A stretch of DNA of 64,000 bases from an uncultured Methanomicrobiales archaeon (GCA_963758915.1 CAVWXH010000015.1:32001-96000), one strand, 5' to 3'. Counted from the stretch's first letter, positions 1-10,427 are shown. The notes: generated from the letters alone by a model not told the origin. Numbers and translations: made by a program.

Positions 1-814
1 AGCGTGGGTGCATCACCTTTGCCCCGAAGAACGAGAGTTCCATGACCTCGAGGTAGGATACCGAGTCGAGGACACGGGCATCGTTGATCACTCGCGGGTC
101 TGATGTCATGATCCCATCCACATCAGTCCAGATCCAGATCTCATCTGCGTCAATCCCTGCACCGATAATCGCTGCAGAATAGTCAGAACCGCTCCTTCCG
201 AGCGTGGTCAGGACTCCTTTTTCTGTACATCCCATGAAACCCATAATCACGGGGACCTGGCTGGCGAGGAGGGGAACGATAGAATTTTTTATCTTTTTCT
301 CTCCTTCCGGTAGCGCCATCGCTTCGCCGTGCTGGGCAGTGGTGAGGATCCCTGCCTCACAACCGTCAAGAACTGTTGACGGGATCCCCTGCTGCCGGAA
401 GGCTGCACTTACCACCAGTGAATTGAGGCGTTCGCCAAAGGTGATGATATAGTCCTTCGACCTCGGTGTAAGGTCCCTCAGGTTGTGGACCGCATAGAGG
501 ATATTTTGCAGTTTTCCCAGCCGGTCTTCAATAAGAGGGGCGACTTCGGCCACGTAATCCTTCGCCGAACCTTCCAGGGCCTTCATGTGCCGTACCCTGA
601 GGGATTCGATAAAAGGCCCGACCATACTGCTGTCAGGACTGTTCACGACCTCCGTCGCTACAGCAATCAGCTGGTCAGTCACCCCGCGCTGGGCTGATAT
701 AACGACAGCAACCTCGTTCCCGCTCGCATGGTAGTTCTGTATGATACCCGTGACGCGGGAAATGCTTGCGGCATCCGCAACAGAAGTGCCGCCAAATTTC
801 ATTAAAAACCTCAT
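1..814 (-). CDS. lysC: Aspartate kinase, 3' part outside the window
   Basis: Manual translation from ATG at 814: [14 protein letters not shown]...FGERL...[12 protein letters not shown]...[14 protein letters not shown]...FGAKVMHP. Not in the ORF track. Confidence 0.93.
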   Translation of the reverse strand, partial: MRFLMKFGGTSVADAASISRVTGIIQNYHASGNEVAVVISAQRGVTDQLIAVATEVVNSPDSSMVGPFIESLRVRHMKALEGSAKDYVAEVAPLIEDRLGKLQNILYAVHNLRDLTPRSKDYIITFGERLNSLVVSAAFRQQGIPSTVLDGCEAGILTTAQHGEAMALPEGEKKIKNSIVPLLASQVPVIMGFMGCTEKGVLTTLGRSGSDYSAAIIGAGIDADEIWIWTDVDGIMTSDPRVINDARVLDSVSYLEVMELSFFGAKVMHPR

Positions 815-875
815 TCTGGCCACTCTTACAATTCCCTAGCTATTTATGTAATTATAGGATGCAGATAATAATAAG

Positions 876-2498
876 ATGCGGTCAGATGAAGTGGTCGATT
901 GTCATGTCCTCGTAATCGGGAGCGGCGGAGCAGGTGTACGAGCCGCGATTGAAGCCGACGGGTACGGTGACACCGTGCTTGTCTCGAAGACCATCGTGGG
1001 CAAAGGGGGCTGCACAACAATGGCTGAAGGCGGCTATAATGCAGTGCTCAAGGAAATGGACTCCTGCGAGGGCCATTATGAGGACACCCTCCGGGGTGGG
1101 GCGTACTTGAACGACCCCGGCCTGGTCAGGGTACTGGTGGACGAGGCACCTGACAGGATGGCCGATCTCATCCGCTGGGGTGCCGTCTTCGACGTGGATG
1201 ACTGCGCATGTGTTGCCCAGCGCCCGTTCGGGGGCCAGAGGTTCCCGAGGACCTGCTATGCAGGGGACCGGACCGGCCACGAGATGATGACCACCCTCAC
1301 CGAGCGGATGGCTGACACGAACGTGGAGACCTACCAGGAAGTCTCGATTATTTCACTCCTTGAATACGAAGGAAGGGTATCAGGGGCCATGGGCCTTGAC
1401 CGCAATGGCGAGGTCATGCTGTTCCGTTCGGACAGCACGGTCATCGCGACAGGAGGCGGGACCCGTGTCTATGATATCTCAACTAACTCCTCGAGTGGTA
1501 CCGGGGATGGTTATGCACTGGGTTACCGGGCAGGTGCTGAGGTAATCGACATGGAACAGATACAGTTCCACCCGACCGGTGCGGTATATCCTTATGACGC
1601 ACGTGGCCGGCTGGTGACCGAAGCTGTCCGCGGTGAAGGGGGCCTGCTTAAAAACAAGCTCGGGGAGCGGTTCATGACCAGGTATGACCCGGAGCGGATG
1701 GAATTATCCACCCGTGACGTGGTCTCCCGTTCAATTGCAACAGAAATACTGGAAGGACGGGGTACGGAACACGGGGGGGTATTCCTCGACGTGACCCACC
1801 TCCCTTCTTCCCAGATCGAGAGCCGTCTCCCGGTAATGCTCGAACAGTTCCTGAAATTCGGTGTCGATATACGGGTGGAGCCGATGGAGGTTGCCCCCAC
1901 CGCTCACCACATCATGGGTGGCCTTCGCATCCGGCCTGATTGTTCCACAACCGTAACAGGACTATTTGCCTGCGGGGAAGTTTCCGGAGGCGTTCACGGG
2001 GCCAACCGCCTCGGGGGGAATGCCCTCGCTGAAACGCAGGTATTTGGAAAACGGGCAGGAGAAGCTGCAGGGAAAGCGGCAGTCCACGGCAGGAACCACG
2101 ATCCTGCCCAGGTGGAGGGCGAGAGGAACAGGCTTGGGAAGTACTTTACCGGGACATCTGAACCTGCAGCAGTATGGAGACAACTGAAACTATCGATGTG
2201 GGAAGGAGCCGGGATCTTCCGGACCCTGCCTGCCCTGCAGCAGACCCGCTCGGTGATCCAGCACCTCCAGTCCCTGCAACTATATGCGGTGACTGCAGAA
2301 AACCTGGTGGAATGCTGTACGGTGAGGAACATGCTTACTACTGCCTCACTTATCGTCGACTCTGCGTTGCTCCGCCCTGAATCGAGGGGTGCCCATGTCA
2401 GGAAAGACATCACACAGACCTGGACCATGGAAACCTCCCCCTTTGGACATACCTTTATTTCCCGGGGTTGCCGGGGGATCGGGAAGGTGAGCAGATGA
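876..2498 (+). CDS. tfrA: Thiol:fumarate reductase flavoprotein subunit A
   Basis: GSGGAG FAD motif, [45 protein letters not shown] lacks the covalent-FAD His. Coupled to a CCG-domain B subunit. Confidence 0.9.
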   Translation: MRSDEVVDCHVLVIGSGGAGVRAAIEADGYGDTVLVSKTIVGKGGCTTMAEGGYNAVLKEMDSCEGHYEDTLRGGAYLNDPGLVRVLVDEAPDRMADLIRWGAVFDVDDCACVAQRPFGGQRFPRTCYAGDRTGHEMMTTLTERMADTNVETYQEVSIISLLEYEGRVSGAMGLDRNGEVMLFRSDSTVIATGGGTRVYDISTNSSSGTGDGYALGYRAGAEVIDMEQIQFHPTGAVYPYDARGRLVTEAVRGEGGLLKNKLGERFMTRYDPERMELSTRDVVSRSIATEILEGRGTEHGGVFLDVTHLPSSQIESRLPVMLEQFLKFGVDIRVEPMEVAPTAHHIMGGLRIRPDCSTTVTGLFACGEVSGGVHGANRLGGNALAETQVFGKRAGEAAGKAAVHGRNHDPAQVEGERNRLGKYFTGTSEPAAVWRQLKLSMWEGAGIFRTLPALQQTRSVIQHLQSLQLYAVTAENLVECCTVRNMLTTASLIVDSALLRPESRGAHVRKDITQTWTMETSPFGHTFISRGCRGIGKVSR

Positions 2499-3952
2499 AA
2501 CAACTGACACTCCGCGTCTCACGGTTCGATCCCAAAAATGACGCTGCACCACATTTCGAGACCTATACCGTTAATGTCCATGACGGTGCAAGGGTGCTCC
2601 ATGCCCTTCATGCAATCCACGATGACTGTGACCCTACACTTACCTATCGCTACAGCTGCGGGACCGGGCAGTGCGGGAGCTGTGCCGTCAGGGTGAACGG
2701 TGAACCCGTTCTCGCCTGCATGGAAGAGGCCCGGGACGGTAGCACGGTTGAACCACTTGACCTCCCTGTTATCAAGGACCTCGCAGTAGACCTTCTCCCG
2801 TATATTGATGCCCTGCCGGTAATCTGCCCGGAAGCGACAGCAGCCGCACAAATGCCAGGGAAGGATCTGGTTGAGACGATGAAGCCACTCCGGAGCTGTA
2901 TCGGCTGCATGGCCTGTGTTTCAGTATGCCCGGCCCTTGCCGTTTCAGACTTTGGGGGACCTACGGCGATGAGGCAGGAAATGCGCCTTACCCTTGACCC
3001 GCGGGATACGAAAGACCGGGAGTCTGAAGCAGTAGCAGGGGGCCTTTTCCGTTGTACCAGCTGCCAGGCATGCTGGAAAGTCTGCCCGAAAGAGATCCAG
3101 ATACCAGGAAAAGCCATTGAAAAACTGAGAGAACTGGCACATTACAAGGGCCATACACTCCCACGCCATGCTGAGGTCGCAGCCCTGATCAAGGAGACCG
3201 GACGGAGTGTCACCTGGACTGAACCCTCGTTCCTCGAAATGACGACCGAGGTCATGGAACCTTATGGCCCCGTAAAAAAGACCGTTGGGTTCTTTGTCGG
3301 GTGCATGTATAATCTTCGTCTGCCACGAACAGCGCTTGACGCGATAGAGGTACTCAGGAGGAACGGGGTCAGGGTTGTCATCCCCCGTGACCAGATTTGC
3401 TGTGGTTCCCCGCTCATCCGGACCGGCCAGACAGAATATGTCGGTACCTTAAAAGCCCGGAATATTGCGGCTTTCACAGCACTCGGCATCGATACGGTAG
3501 TGACCATGTGTGCCGGGTGCGGCTCAACGCTCAAGCATGATTATGAGACTCCATTTAAAGTCATGGATTTCTCTGAACTGCTCACTGAGACCGGTTTCGG
3601 GTCACCAGCACACCTTGGACTTAATGTTACATACCATGACCCCTGTCACCTGGCACGGGGGCAGGGTATAACAGAACAGCCCCGTGCTATCCTCAGGAAA
3701 GTCGCAGACATCACTGAGATGCCCTCGATCTGCTGCGGTTCAGGTGGCGGGGTAAGATCCGGTTTCCCGGACGAAGCAGCAGCACTTGGTGAACGCCGGG
3801 GTGAAGAGATTAAAAAAACCGGGGCTGAAATGGTGGTCACCTGCTGCCCGTTCTGCGAGTTCCATATTTCGGGACACACCGATAAACCTGTTCAGCATCT
3901 GGCAACGCTTCTCCTTAACGGTTACAGGGAAAAAGAAAAACCCTGTAAATAG
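2495..3952 (+). CDS. tfrB: Thiol:fumarate reductase Fe-S subunit B with HdrD-like CCG domains
   Basis: ATG 2495 overlaps the tfrA stop (ATGA). 2Fe-2S motif CGTGQCGSC, two CxxCxxCxxxCP motifs, two CCG domains (ICCGSP, ICCGSGGG). Confidence 0.9.
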   Translation: MKQLTLRVSRFDPKNDAAPHFETYTVNVHDGARVLHALHAIHDDCDPTLTYRYSCGTGQCGSCAVRVNGEPVLACMEEARDGSTVEPLDLPVIKDLAVDLLPYIDALPVICPEATAAAQMPGKDLVETMKPLRSCIGCMACVSVCPALAVSDFGGPTAMRQEMRLTLDPRDTKDRESEAVAGGLFRCTSCQACWKVCPKEIQIPGKAIEKLRELAHYKGHTLPRHAEVAALIKETGRSVTWTEPSFLEMTTEVMEPYGPVKKTVGFFVGCMYNLRLPRTALDAIEVLRRNGVRVVIPRDQICCGSPLIRTGQTEYVGTLKARNIAAFTALGIDTVVTMCAGCGSTLKHDYETPFKVMDFSELLTETGFGSPAHLGLNVTYHDPCHLARGQGITEQPRAILRKVADITEMPSICCGSGGGVRSGFPDEAAALGERRGEEIKKTGAEMVVTCCPFCEFHISGHTDKPVQHLATLLLNGYREKEKPCK

Positions 3953-4043
3953 CCACTTTTTTTGGACCTGGTTTTGTTGTCCGCCCGGAGGGGGGCCGAT
4001 CATGGCATACCAGCGACGTATTCTGAACAGGCCCCGGTATTCA

Positions 4044-4598
4044 TCAGAGTAACAGGGTCAGGACAATGCACACGCTCAACGGAATCGTGAGGTTGTCGTC
4101 AACCGGTGACAGGAGCTCGACAACTCCCGCCGTGACCGCAGCCGCTGCAGCCAACGGGATCGAAAGCGGTGTGAGCACGAGGAGGGCCACAATCGTGGTA
4201 CCTATCCCAGCAAGAGTCCCTTCCAGGGATTTGGATTTCCATATCTTATGGTGCCCGTAGTGGATCCCGACCAGGGTGGCCACACCGTCGAGGACGGCAA
4301 GGCAGATAATTGCCGGTATAACAACCTGAAGGGGAAAAAAGACCAGGACAAAGAAGACACCGATTGTAAAATACAGTGTTCCTTTCCCGGGCATTACGTC
4401 CTTTCTCTCGAGCAGCAACACAACGCCTGATATCAGGGGCAGCTTGTAGCCCCTGGATATCGCATCAGAAAGGATACAGCCGGCAAATATGGCCATCACA
4501 AATGCATAGAGGACCAGTTGCATATCGACCAGCGGGATGGCTATTGCGATACTGAGCCCTATTAGCAGGTGAATACCCTTCCTGAGCACTTCGTGCAT
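4044..4598 (-). CDS. Dolichol/phytol kinase (cytidylyltransferase-like) membrane protein
   Basis: RKGIH, DGVATLVG, KSLEGTLAG and DDNL motifs; hydrophobic. Confidence 0.75.
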   Translation of the reverse strand: MHEVLRKGIHLLIGLSIAIAIPLVDMQLVLYAFVMAIFAGCILSDAISRGYKLPLISGVVLLLERKDVMPGKGTLYFTIGVFFVLVFFPLQVVIPAIICLAVLDGVATLVGIHYGHHKIWKSKSLEGTLAGIGTTIVALLVLTPLSIPLAAAAAVTAGVVELLSPVDDNLTIPLSVCIVLTLLL

Positions 4599-4706
4599 TC
4601 TATTTTTTTATGATCCCGCAAGGATTAATGGATGATCATAATCCTCTCCGGCTCAGGACACAAAACAGAGAATATTTTGACCGTGCTGACTAATACACAA
4701 TGAAGA

Positions 4707-6002
4707 ATGCCCCGTCAATTAAAAAGTGAGCAAATCAAACTTTTCCATGAAACCACGGTGGGTAGTCAGTGTATTTCCGGCAGGCCGGAAACTGCCGATC
4801 CTTTAAGCGGGGCACCGGACTTCCTGCCCGGAGAGGTAATCCCTGATGAGGTGCGGGTTGGGGAATTGACTGTGAGGAGGTATTCGGCTGAGCTCTGGAC
4901 TTCGGCTCAGAGGAAGGCCTCATCCATCCATGAAATATCCTACCGTGCCTGTTTCAAGCCTCAACTTGCAGCCTTTTTTATTGAACGGTTTTCAGAGGAG
5001 AGAGACCTCGTGTATGACCCTTTTGGCGGGAGAGGGACAACTGTCATCGAGGCAGGTCTTCTCGGCCGCAAGGTAGTGCAAAACGACATTAACCCGCTCT
5101 CTGCCCTGCTGACAATACCACGTTTTTTTGTTCCCGCCAAAGAGGAGGTCCCCGACCGCCTTTCCATGGTCCCCCGTGACTTTGAAAAGGCACCCCAACT
5201 CGACCTTTCAATGTTTTACCATCCCGCAACCGAGAAGGAGATACTCGCCCTCCGTGAATTCCTCACGGGACGCCAGAACCAGGGGGAATATGATGAAACC
5301 GATGCATGGATCAGGATGGTGGCAACAAACCGGCTCACCGGGCATTCCAGTGGTTTTTTTTCGGTATACACCCTCCCCCCAAACCAGGCAGTATCCCCGG
5401 GCGCCCAGTCAAAGATCAACATCAGGCGGAAGCAGGTTCCACCATACCGGGATACCCATGAAATCATCGTGAAAAAGACCAGGACCCTTACCCGTAACCT
5501 CACTGTGAAGGAGCGTGAAAGGCTCCGCAACGCAGGTGAATCCGGCATTTTTCTTACCGGTCATGCCGCCTCGACACCGGAAATCCGGGACGATTCGGTC
5601 CAGCTGACGGTTACCTCACCCCCGTTTCTCAATATTGTCCAATATTCAAAGGACAACTGGCTCAGGTGCTGGTTTAATGCAATCGACGATACCGCTATCG
5701 GAAAGAAGATCACGATGACACATTCCCTTGACGTGTGGGTTTCCATGATCTCCGGGGTGTTCCAGGAGTTGTTCCGGATTACCCGGCCTGGCGGGTGGGT
5801 CGCATTTGAAGTAGGGGAAGTAAAGAAGGGGACACTCCGGCTGGACGAACATGTCATCCCTGCCGGTATTTCCGCCGGGTTCCGGTGCGAATGCATCCTG
5901 ATAAACCAGCAGGAATTTACCAAGACCTCCAACATCTGGGGTATCGGGAACAATAATTCCGGGACGAATACCAACAGGATCGTGTTGTTCCGGAAAGAGT
6001 AG
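4707..6002 (+). CDS. Amino-DNA methyltransferase (N4-C/N6-A), no cognate nuclease seen
   Basis: SAM motif I DPFGGRGTT near the N-terminus and catalytic motif IV VTSPPF later (alpha-like order). Start uncertain. Confidence 0.8.
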   Translation: MPRQLKSEQIKLFHETTVGSQCISGRPETADPLSGAPDFLPGEVIPDEVRVGELTVRRYSAELWTSAQRKASSIHEISYRACFKPQLAAFFIERFSEERDLVYDPFGGRGTTVIEAGLLGRKVVQNDINPLSALLTIPRFFVPAKEEVPDRLSMVPRDFEKAPQLDLSMFYHPATEKEILALREFLTGRQNQGEYDETDAWIRMVATNRLTGHSSGFFSVYTLPPNQAVSPGAQSKINIRRKQVPPYRDTHEIIVKKTRTLTRNLTVKERERLRNAGESGIFLTGHAASTPEIRDDSVQLTVTSPPFLNIVQYSKDNWLRCWFNAIDDTAIGKKITMTHSLDVWVSMISGVFQELFRITRPGGWVAFEVGEVKKGTLRLDEHVIPAGISAGFRCECILINQQEFTKTSNIWGIGNNNSGTNTNRIVLFRKE

Positions 6003-6184
6003 GGGAAATAGGTCTGTTTTTCCCCTTGGGGGCTATAGCAGGAATTGGGTGAATACCATCTCATGTCCTTGCAGCTCTGCTGCCTGGAATTTCTTAACAT
6101 AATGGCTGGTATGAAAAACTCCGGCAAAACAATCTGAAATGCCACCTTTTTCATGCTCCTCTTTTAGCTAAAAGGCTCATAGCA

Positions 6185-6602
6185 CGCTCTGTTGACATTC
6201 ACTCAAATCTATCTTTGGGATTAGGGTGTTCCCATATTTACCTTCGCTCCCAGGGCTCCGCCCCACCGCTGTGGCGATCCCTGTTTGGATAGAGACTGCA
6301 CCCCGTACCCGGAAATTTATGAGAGTCTGGAAACGCTGCCCAACGGATATCTTATTGGGGGTGGGGCAGAGAGGGGGGTGAGACCCCCTTGGATGTTTAC
6401 GTATATCCTCTTTTTTTAACTGTGCGGGGTTTCCCATGAAAACAGGCATGATGCCAAAAGGCCACAAGCATACAACATGAAATTGCCAGTGGGAATTCTC
6501 ATATTAAATGCCTGAACGGCCAGCGATATGGAGAGATTTTGGACGTCGCATTTTCAATCGTTCTGGTGTGAACTTCCCGTTCATGTGTGTTTCCACAGAG
6601 CC
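6185..6602. mobile_element. MITE-like element copy A (long form, about 418 bp)
   Basis: Left end CGCTCTGTTGAC; right end TTCCACAGAGCC (revcomp GGCTCTGTGGAA). Core shared with copies B-D; 3' module shared with copy B. Confidence 0.75.
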
Positions 6603-6666
6603 ATAATTACATTATGATTAGTCTTTTTTTAAAAAAAACAGGTTTATTTCAGATTAATTGTTCTCC

Positions 6667-7818
6667 TCACAACTGGACAAGGTATTCATAGGCTTCCAGC
6701 GCTGCCTTGGCCCCTTCTCCTGCTGCGATGATGATCTGTTTGCCCTTGATATTCGTTACATCTCCTGCAGCAAAAATTCCAGGGACACTGGTGTGACAGT
6801 TAATATCGATAATGATCTCTTTCTGGTCATTGAGCTTCACCAGGTCTGATACAAAATCCGTGTTAGGTGACCAGCCGATCTCAGCAAATACTCCATCGAG
6901 GGTAATTTTTGATTCTTCACTGGTGAGCCGGTCTTTGATAGTGATTGCGTTAAGGAGGTTATCCCCGTGAAGCATGGTCACGACCGAATTGGAATGGAGA
7001 ATAATATTTTTTTGTGCCTCGAAGAGCTTGACATACACTTCGTCAGCCCGGATAGTACTTCTTACAATCAGGTGAACTTCCCTGGCAATTCTGCTCATTT
7101 CGACCGCAGTCTGAAGGGCTGAATTCCCCCCTCCTACAATGGCAACGACCTTGTTTTTGAATAACGGGCCATCACAGGTTGAACAGATTGAAAGGCCCCT
7201 GCCGAGAAAACGTTCCTCCCCATCGACACCGAGTTTTTTCGGTTGTTTCCCTGGTGCAAGGATAACAGCTCGCGCAAGGTAGGTAGTATCCGTGGCAGTA
7301 TGGATTGTAAATATTCCATCAGACGGGATAATTTCCCGGACCCCGTCCAGTTCCAGGCTGATCTTCTGCTCCTTGACCTGGTCCTCAAATTTCTTCATCA
7401 GCTCATCGCCGGTGATCATCCGGTACCCCATGTAGTTCTCGATGGTCCAGCTTTCAAGGGCCTGGCCCCCGATATTTTCAGTGATGACCACGGCGGTGAG
7501 GAGCTTCCTCGCACAGTATACGGCAGCGGTCAGTCCGGCCGGCCCTGCACCGATTATAACAACATCAAGAATATCCCCTTCGGTCCCGGTACCAAAAATT
7601 TCATTGAGTCGCTGGGCATCAAACCCGACAATTATCTCGTCGTCGATCGTGATGACCGGGACACCACGCTGACCGGAGATCCCGATCATGTGCTTTGCTG
7701 CTCCCTCGTCCTCCCCGACATCGATTGATGTAAAAGGGATGTTGTGTTTCTCGAGAAACGCCTTTGCCATCCTGCAGTAGGGGCAGTTTTTTGTTGAATA
7801 TACGGTTACCTGCGGCAT
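6667..7818 (-). CDS. Glutaredoxin (NrdH-like)-thioredoxin reductase fusion
   Basis: N-terminal CPYC and GQRGVP Grx domain, then GAGPAG, CSTCDG, GGGNSA and FAAGD TrxR motifs. Start placed at MPQVTV. Confidence 0.88.
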   Translation of the reverse strand: MPQVTVYSTKNCPYCRMAKAFLEKHNIPFTSIDVGEDEGAAKHMIGISGQRGVPVITIDDEIIVGFDAQRLNEIFGTGTEGDILDVVIIGAGPAGLTAAVYCARKLLTAVVITENIGGQALESWTIENYMGYRMITGDELMKKFEDQVKEQKISLELDGVREIIPSDGIFTIHTATDTTYLARAVILAPGKQPKKLGVDGEERFLGRGLSICSTCDGPLFKNKVVAIVGGGNSALQTAVEMSRIAREVHLIVRSTIRADEVYVKLFEAQKNIILHSNSVVTMLHGDNLLNAITIKDRLTSEESKITLDGVFAEIGWSPNTDFVSDLVKLNDQKEIIIDINCHTSVPGIFAAGDVTNIKGKQIIIAAGEGAKAALEAYEYLVQL

Positions 7819-8245
7819 TGATACCCTGCATTTCAGATGTATCCGGATATAAAGATGCTGGAACACCCGGGATTAATCTAACAGAATAGTTCAATCCAAC
7901 CCCGCACTGCCATGTCATAGCATAGCAAGGATTAAGTATTCCGGAATCAAAAACCTTACTAAGGTAAACTTATGTCTGTTACTATATGCAGGAGAGGCAC
8001 GGATATTGTGCAGGTAACAGGCGCCTCCTTTTTCTTCTTTAGGTAGGGGACCGGTGCTATAGCCGGATCCCCTGTATAGGCATTATAGAGAGTTTACCGG
8101 ATGGTGTTTTTATCATGTGTAAAATTTTTCTAATCCCACATAATGAGGCAAAAAGGCGGAATGACAGCATTACTATCGAGGACACATGCCCCTGTCTCGC
8201 CGATGGTATGGCCTGCAGGAATCTTTCAGCCCGGAGGACATTCTG

Positions 8246-9571
8246 ATGAGAACCAGCACGATTATTCTGGTATTAATGGCGGTGGGGCTTATCCTCGGAG
8301 GTGTTGCCATTTCAGGATGCACCCAGCAAGCCTCTGCATCGCCAAATGAGGTTAAGATCGGGGTTGTCGCGTCATTAACCGGCCCCGCGAGTGCGACAGG
8401 GAAAGACATGTGGCAATCGGCACAAATTGCCGCTGATGAAATAAATGCCAATGGAGGGGTTTATGTACAGGAGTTCGGGAAGAAAATCCCGGTAAAAGTA
8501 ATTGTCGGTGATGATGAATCAACCCGTGAAGGCGGCCAGAAAGCCGTTACAAAACTTATTTCCTCTGATAAGGTCGATGCCCTTGTCGGTGGTTTTTCGA
8601 GCGCCGTGACGACGGCACACCAGTCTGTTGTTGCAGAATACAAGGTGCCTTACGTCATAACCGGGGCATCAAGCCCGACCATCACGAGGAGGACGGATAT
8701 TGATACATCCTACATGTATCACTTCTGCCCGACTACCGATGATTACGGGGGCCAGACGACCAGGTTTATCAGCAACTTCCTCAGGCCGGCCATTTACAGA
8801 AAATTTAATTTCAGTGAAGACAGGCCCCTGAGGCTCGCAATTATTTACCAGGACAGTCCCTATGGGAAAGGAGTCCTCACGGCGGTTGAAAACACGATAA
8901 AGAAGGAGAATTTACCTGTCAGGATTGTGAGCAACGAATCGTTTAAAATGGGGGAAACCGACTTCAGGACATTGCTCACCAATGTCAAGGCTTCCCAACC
9001 CGACGTGATTTATTCAGCAGCCTTCCTGAATGAACAGGCGCCCATGATCACTCAGGGCCGGAGGGATGTCGGGATGAACACCATATTCGTGGTGGTCGAG
9101 TGCAACGACGATCCGGATTATTACAAGGGTCTCAGCAGGTATGGCGAAGGATCAATCATTGAAAGCCATTTCAGCCCATATACTGTGCCCAATGGGACTA
9201 CGTCCAACGCTGCAATTGCATTCAAGAGTGACTACCAGAAAAAGTGGGGCGGACTCCCCGGCATGATGGGTGCTACAACCTATGAGGGGGTAAAAATTGT
9301 TGCAAATGCAGTAGGGCAGGCGGGTTCACTCGATAAAACAAAGATCAAGGATGCCCTTGGGGCAACAAACATGCCTGAAACAATAGAGGCGATGAAGGAT
9401 GGGAAAATCTCTTTCTCAAAGGACGCCCGTGAGGCTGCCTTCAACCTCTACATGGAACAGCTTGTCTGGAACGAGACTGTCCAGGAACTACGGCCGAATA
9501 TTATTTATCCTGCTGAACTGAGCCAGGGCAGTTTTGTACTCCCTGACTGGTACCAGCCGGGAACAACCTGA
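8246..9571 (+). CDS. Branched-chain amino acid ABC substrate-binding lipoprotein (LivJ/K family)
   Basis: GGAGG before ATG 8246, signal peptide with ISGC lipobox, KIGVVASLTG, YGKG, DFRTLL. No permease or ATPase adjacent. Confidence 0.85.
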   Translation: MRTSTIILVLMAVGLILGGVAISGCTQQASASPNEVKIGVVASLTGPASATGKDMWQSAQIAADEINANGGVYVQEFGKKIPVKVIVGDDESTREGGQKAVTKLISSDKVDALVGGFSSAVTTAHQSVVAEYKVPYVITGASSPTITRRTDIDTSYMYHFCPTTDDYGGQTTRFISNFLRPAIYRKFNFSEDRPLRLAIIYQDSPYGKGVLTAVENTIKKENLPVRIVSNESFKMGETDFRTLLTNVKASQPDVIYSAAFLNEQAPMITQGRRDVGMNTIFVVVECNDDPDYYKGLSRYGEGSIIESHFSPYTVPNGTTSNAAIAFKSDYQKKWGGLPGMMGATTYEGVKIVANAVGQAGSLDKTKIKDALGATNMPETIEAMKDGKISFSKDAREAAFNLYMEQLVWNETVQELRPNIIYPAELSQGSFVLPDWYQPGTT

Positions 9572-9616
9572 GCCGGGGTTCCTGCGGATAACCGGGATCC
9601 CTCCAGAACCTCAGTA

Positions 9617-9655
9617 TTTTTTTGGGTGGTCCCAACGGCTGGGAGCCAAAAAAAC
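9617..9655. terminator. Hairpin flanked by T7/A7 between convergent genes, candidate bidirectional terminator
   Basis: TTTTTTTGG-gtgg-TCCCA-acggc-TGGGA-g-CCAAAAAAA. Confidence 0.5.
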
Positions 9656-9678
9656 GATTGCTGGTTTTAATGTAATCT

Positions 9679-10179
9679 CTATACGATTTCTTTGAATACT
9701 TTTTTAAATGCACTGCAGATCGGGCACCTTTCCGGGGGTTCACCACGGAAGATGTTCCCGCAGATCGGACAAAGGATGACTTTCTGCGCGGAAAGGTCGT
9801 GCCCTGCACTGATCGCCTTCAATGCCTCCTTGTAAAGATTGGCGTGGACTTCTTCTGCTTTCATTGCATATGTGAAGGCGATGACTGCATCGCTCTGTTT
9901 CTCTGCTTCCCCTTCCTTAACGAAACCCGGGTACATCTCGGTATATTCGTGAGTCTCTCCGGTAACGGAAGCTTTTAAGTTGTCTTCAGTTTTACCGATT
10001 GACCCAAGCACTTTCAGGAGTCGCTTTGCATGAATCGCTTCCGCTTCTGATGCAGCGGTGAAGAGCTTTGCAACATTGGTAAACCCTTCATCCTTTGCCT
10101 TGTCAGCGAATGCCGAATATTTTCGGTTTGCCTGCGATTCCCCGGCAAACGCATCCATTGCGTTTTCTTTTGTTGCCAT
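9679..10179 (-). CDS. rbr: Rubrerythrin
   Basis: AFAGESQANRKY, EAIHA, ETHE, EEVH diiron motifs; C-terminal CPICG...CPIC rubredoxin domain. Confidence 0.93.
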   Translation of the reverse strand: MATKENAMDAFAGESQANRKYSAFADKAKDEGFTNVAKLFTAASEAEAIHAKRLLKVLGSIGKTEDNLKASVTGETHEYTEMYPGFVKEGEAEKQSDAVIAFTYAMKAEEVHANLYKEALKAISAGHDLSAQKVILCPICGNIFRGEPPERCPICSAFKKVFKEIV

Positions 10180-10427
10180 GATCATCTAGTGGGGCAAAAT
10201 AAGTAATAACTGTATTCATCGTTCTGGTACCGGAGTGACAATACTGTTGTGTACCATTTTTAGAGAATTGTGATCCTGTGTAGGGATAATCAAAAAAACA
10301 GATAGTATTCCGGAACCCTTTTACACCATCACCACACCACGCTGATATCTGAAATACTTCCGGCAGAGCCCATGGTTAGAACCGGCCGGTTGAAGATATT
10401 TCCGGGTGACAGGACACGGAGGTCGGT

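Noticed and set aside
6177-6467. Short ORFs overlapping the repeat copies (also 31183-31665, 48029-48226, 49869-50090)
   Set aside because: Frames and strands are not conserved between copies; they are by-products of the non-coding element.
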